DNA from: Phoronis australis
Taxonomy: Eukaryota; Animalia; Phoronida
DNA: 64,000 nucleotides
NCBI GenBank assembly: GCA_002633005.1
Contig: NMRA01001020.1
Location: 5,222 to 69,221, forward strand
Reading direction: 5' to 3'
Position 1 is the stretch's first letter. The number at the start of each line of letters is the position of its first letter. This document shows positions 63,713-64,000 of this stretch, piece after piece. The notes beneath the pieces were generated by a model. That model was not told the origin of the DNA, ran no database searches, and was given only the letters and a program-made list of their open reading frames with translations. The position numbers and the translations under genes were made by a program.

Positions 63713-64000
63713 CTGCCAACTGACTACCAGTCCAGGATACACGCTGCCAACTGACTACATGACCAGAAAACACGCTGCCAACTGACTTTATGGGCAGACA
63801 CAGGCTGCCAAATAACTACCAGTCCAGAACACACGCTGCCACTCGACTACCTGTTCAATCCAGACGCTGCCAACTAACTACATAACCAGGTCACGCTGCC
63901 AACTAACTACATAACCAGGACACGCGCTGCCCACTGATTACCTCTCCAGTACACACGGTGCCAACTGTCTACCTGCCCAGGACACACGTTGCCTGAGTAC
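63713..64000. repeat. Minisatellite, ~32-34-bp unit (acacgctgccaactgactaccagtccagga), runs off the window
   Basis: About nine degenerate tandem units. Confidence 0.9.

Overview
Eukaryotic (animal, probably marine invertebrate) genomic DNA, about 40% GC by eye, dominated by nested transposon debris, with one 990-N gap (17842-18831). One host gene can be built by hand on the minus strand: a secreted F-type lectin (fucolectin) gene. It has a signal-peptide exon (58949-58895) and two tandem F-type lectin domains, each split over two exons (44938-44735 + 42477-42253; 37458-37255 + 30642-30421), made by an internal tandem duplication; the gene continues past 30421. Also present: two or more Ty3/Gypsy LTR elements, L1/Tx1 LINE fragments, Kolobok remnants (including a P2X7-C-terminal-like KolX gene), ISL2EU/Harbinger-type THAP transposons, P-superfamily elements and many MITE, HINE and minisatellite repeats. 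Two local duplications provide empty sites that fix the target-site duplications (TSDs) of several insertions. The most unusual signal is inside a 3,000-bp non-autonomous P-type element (31271-34270). It carries an intronless C4-H-C3 (PHD-like) zinc-finger ORF with one homopolymer frameshift, followed 10 nt after the stop by two tandem histone-mRNA-type 3' stem-loops and preceded by E2F/CCAAT-like motifs. This suggests a mobile non-histone gene wired like a replication-dependent histone gene. All calls were made by eye, without database searches.
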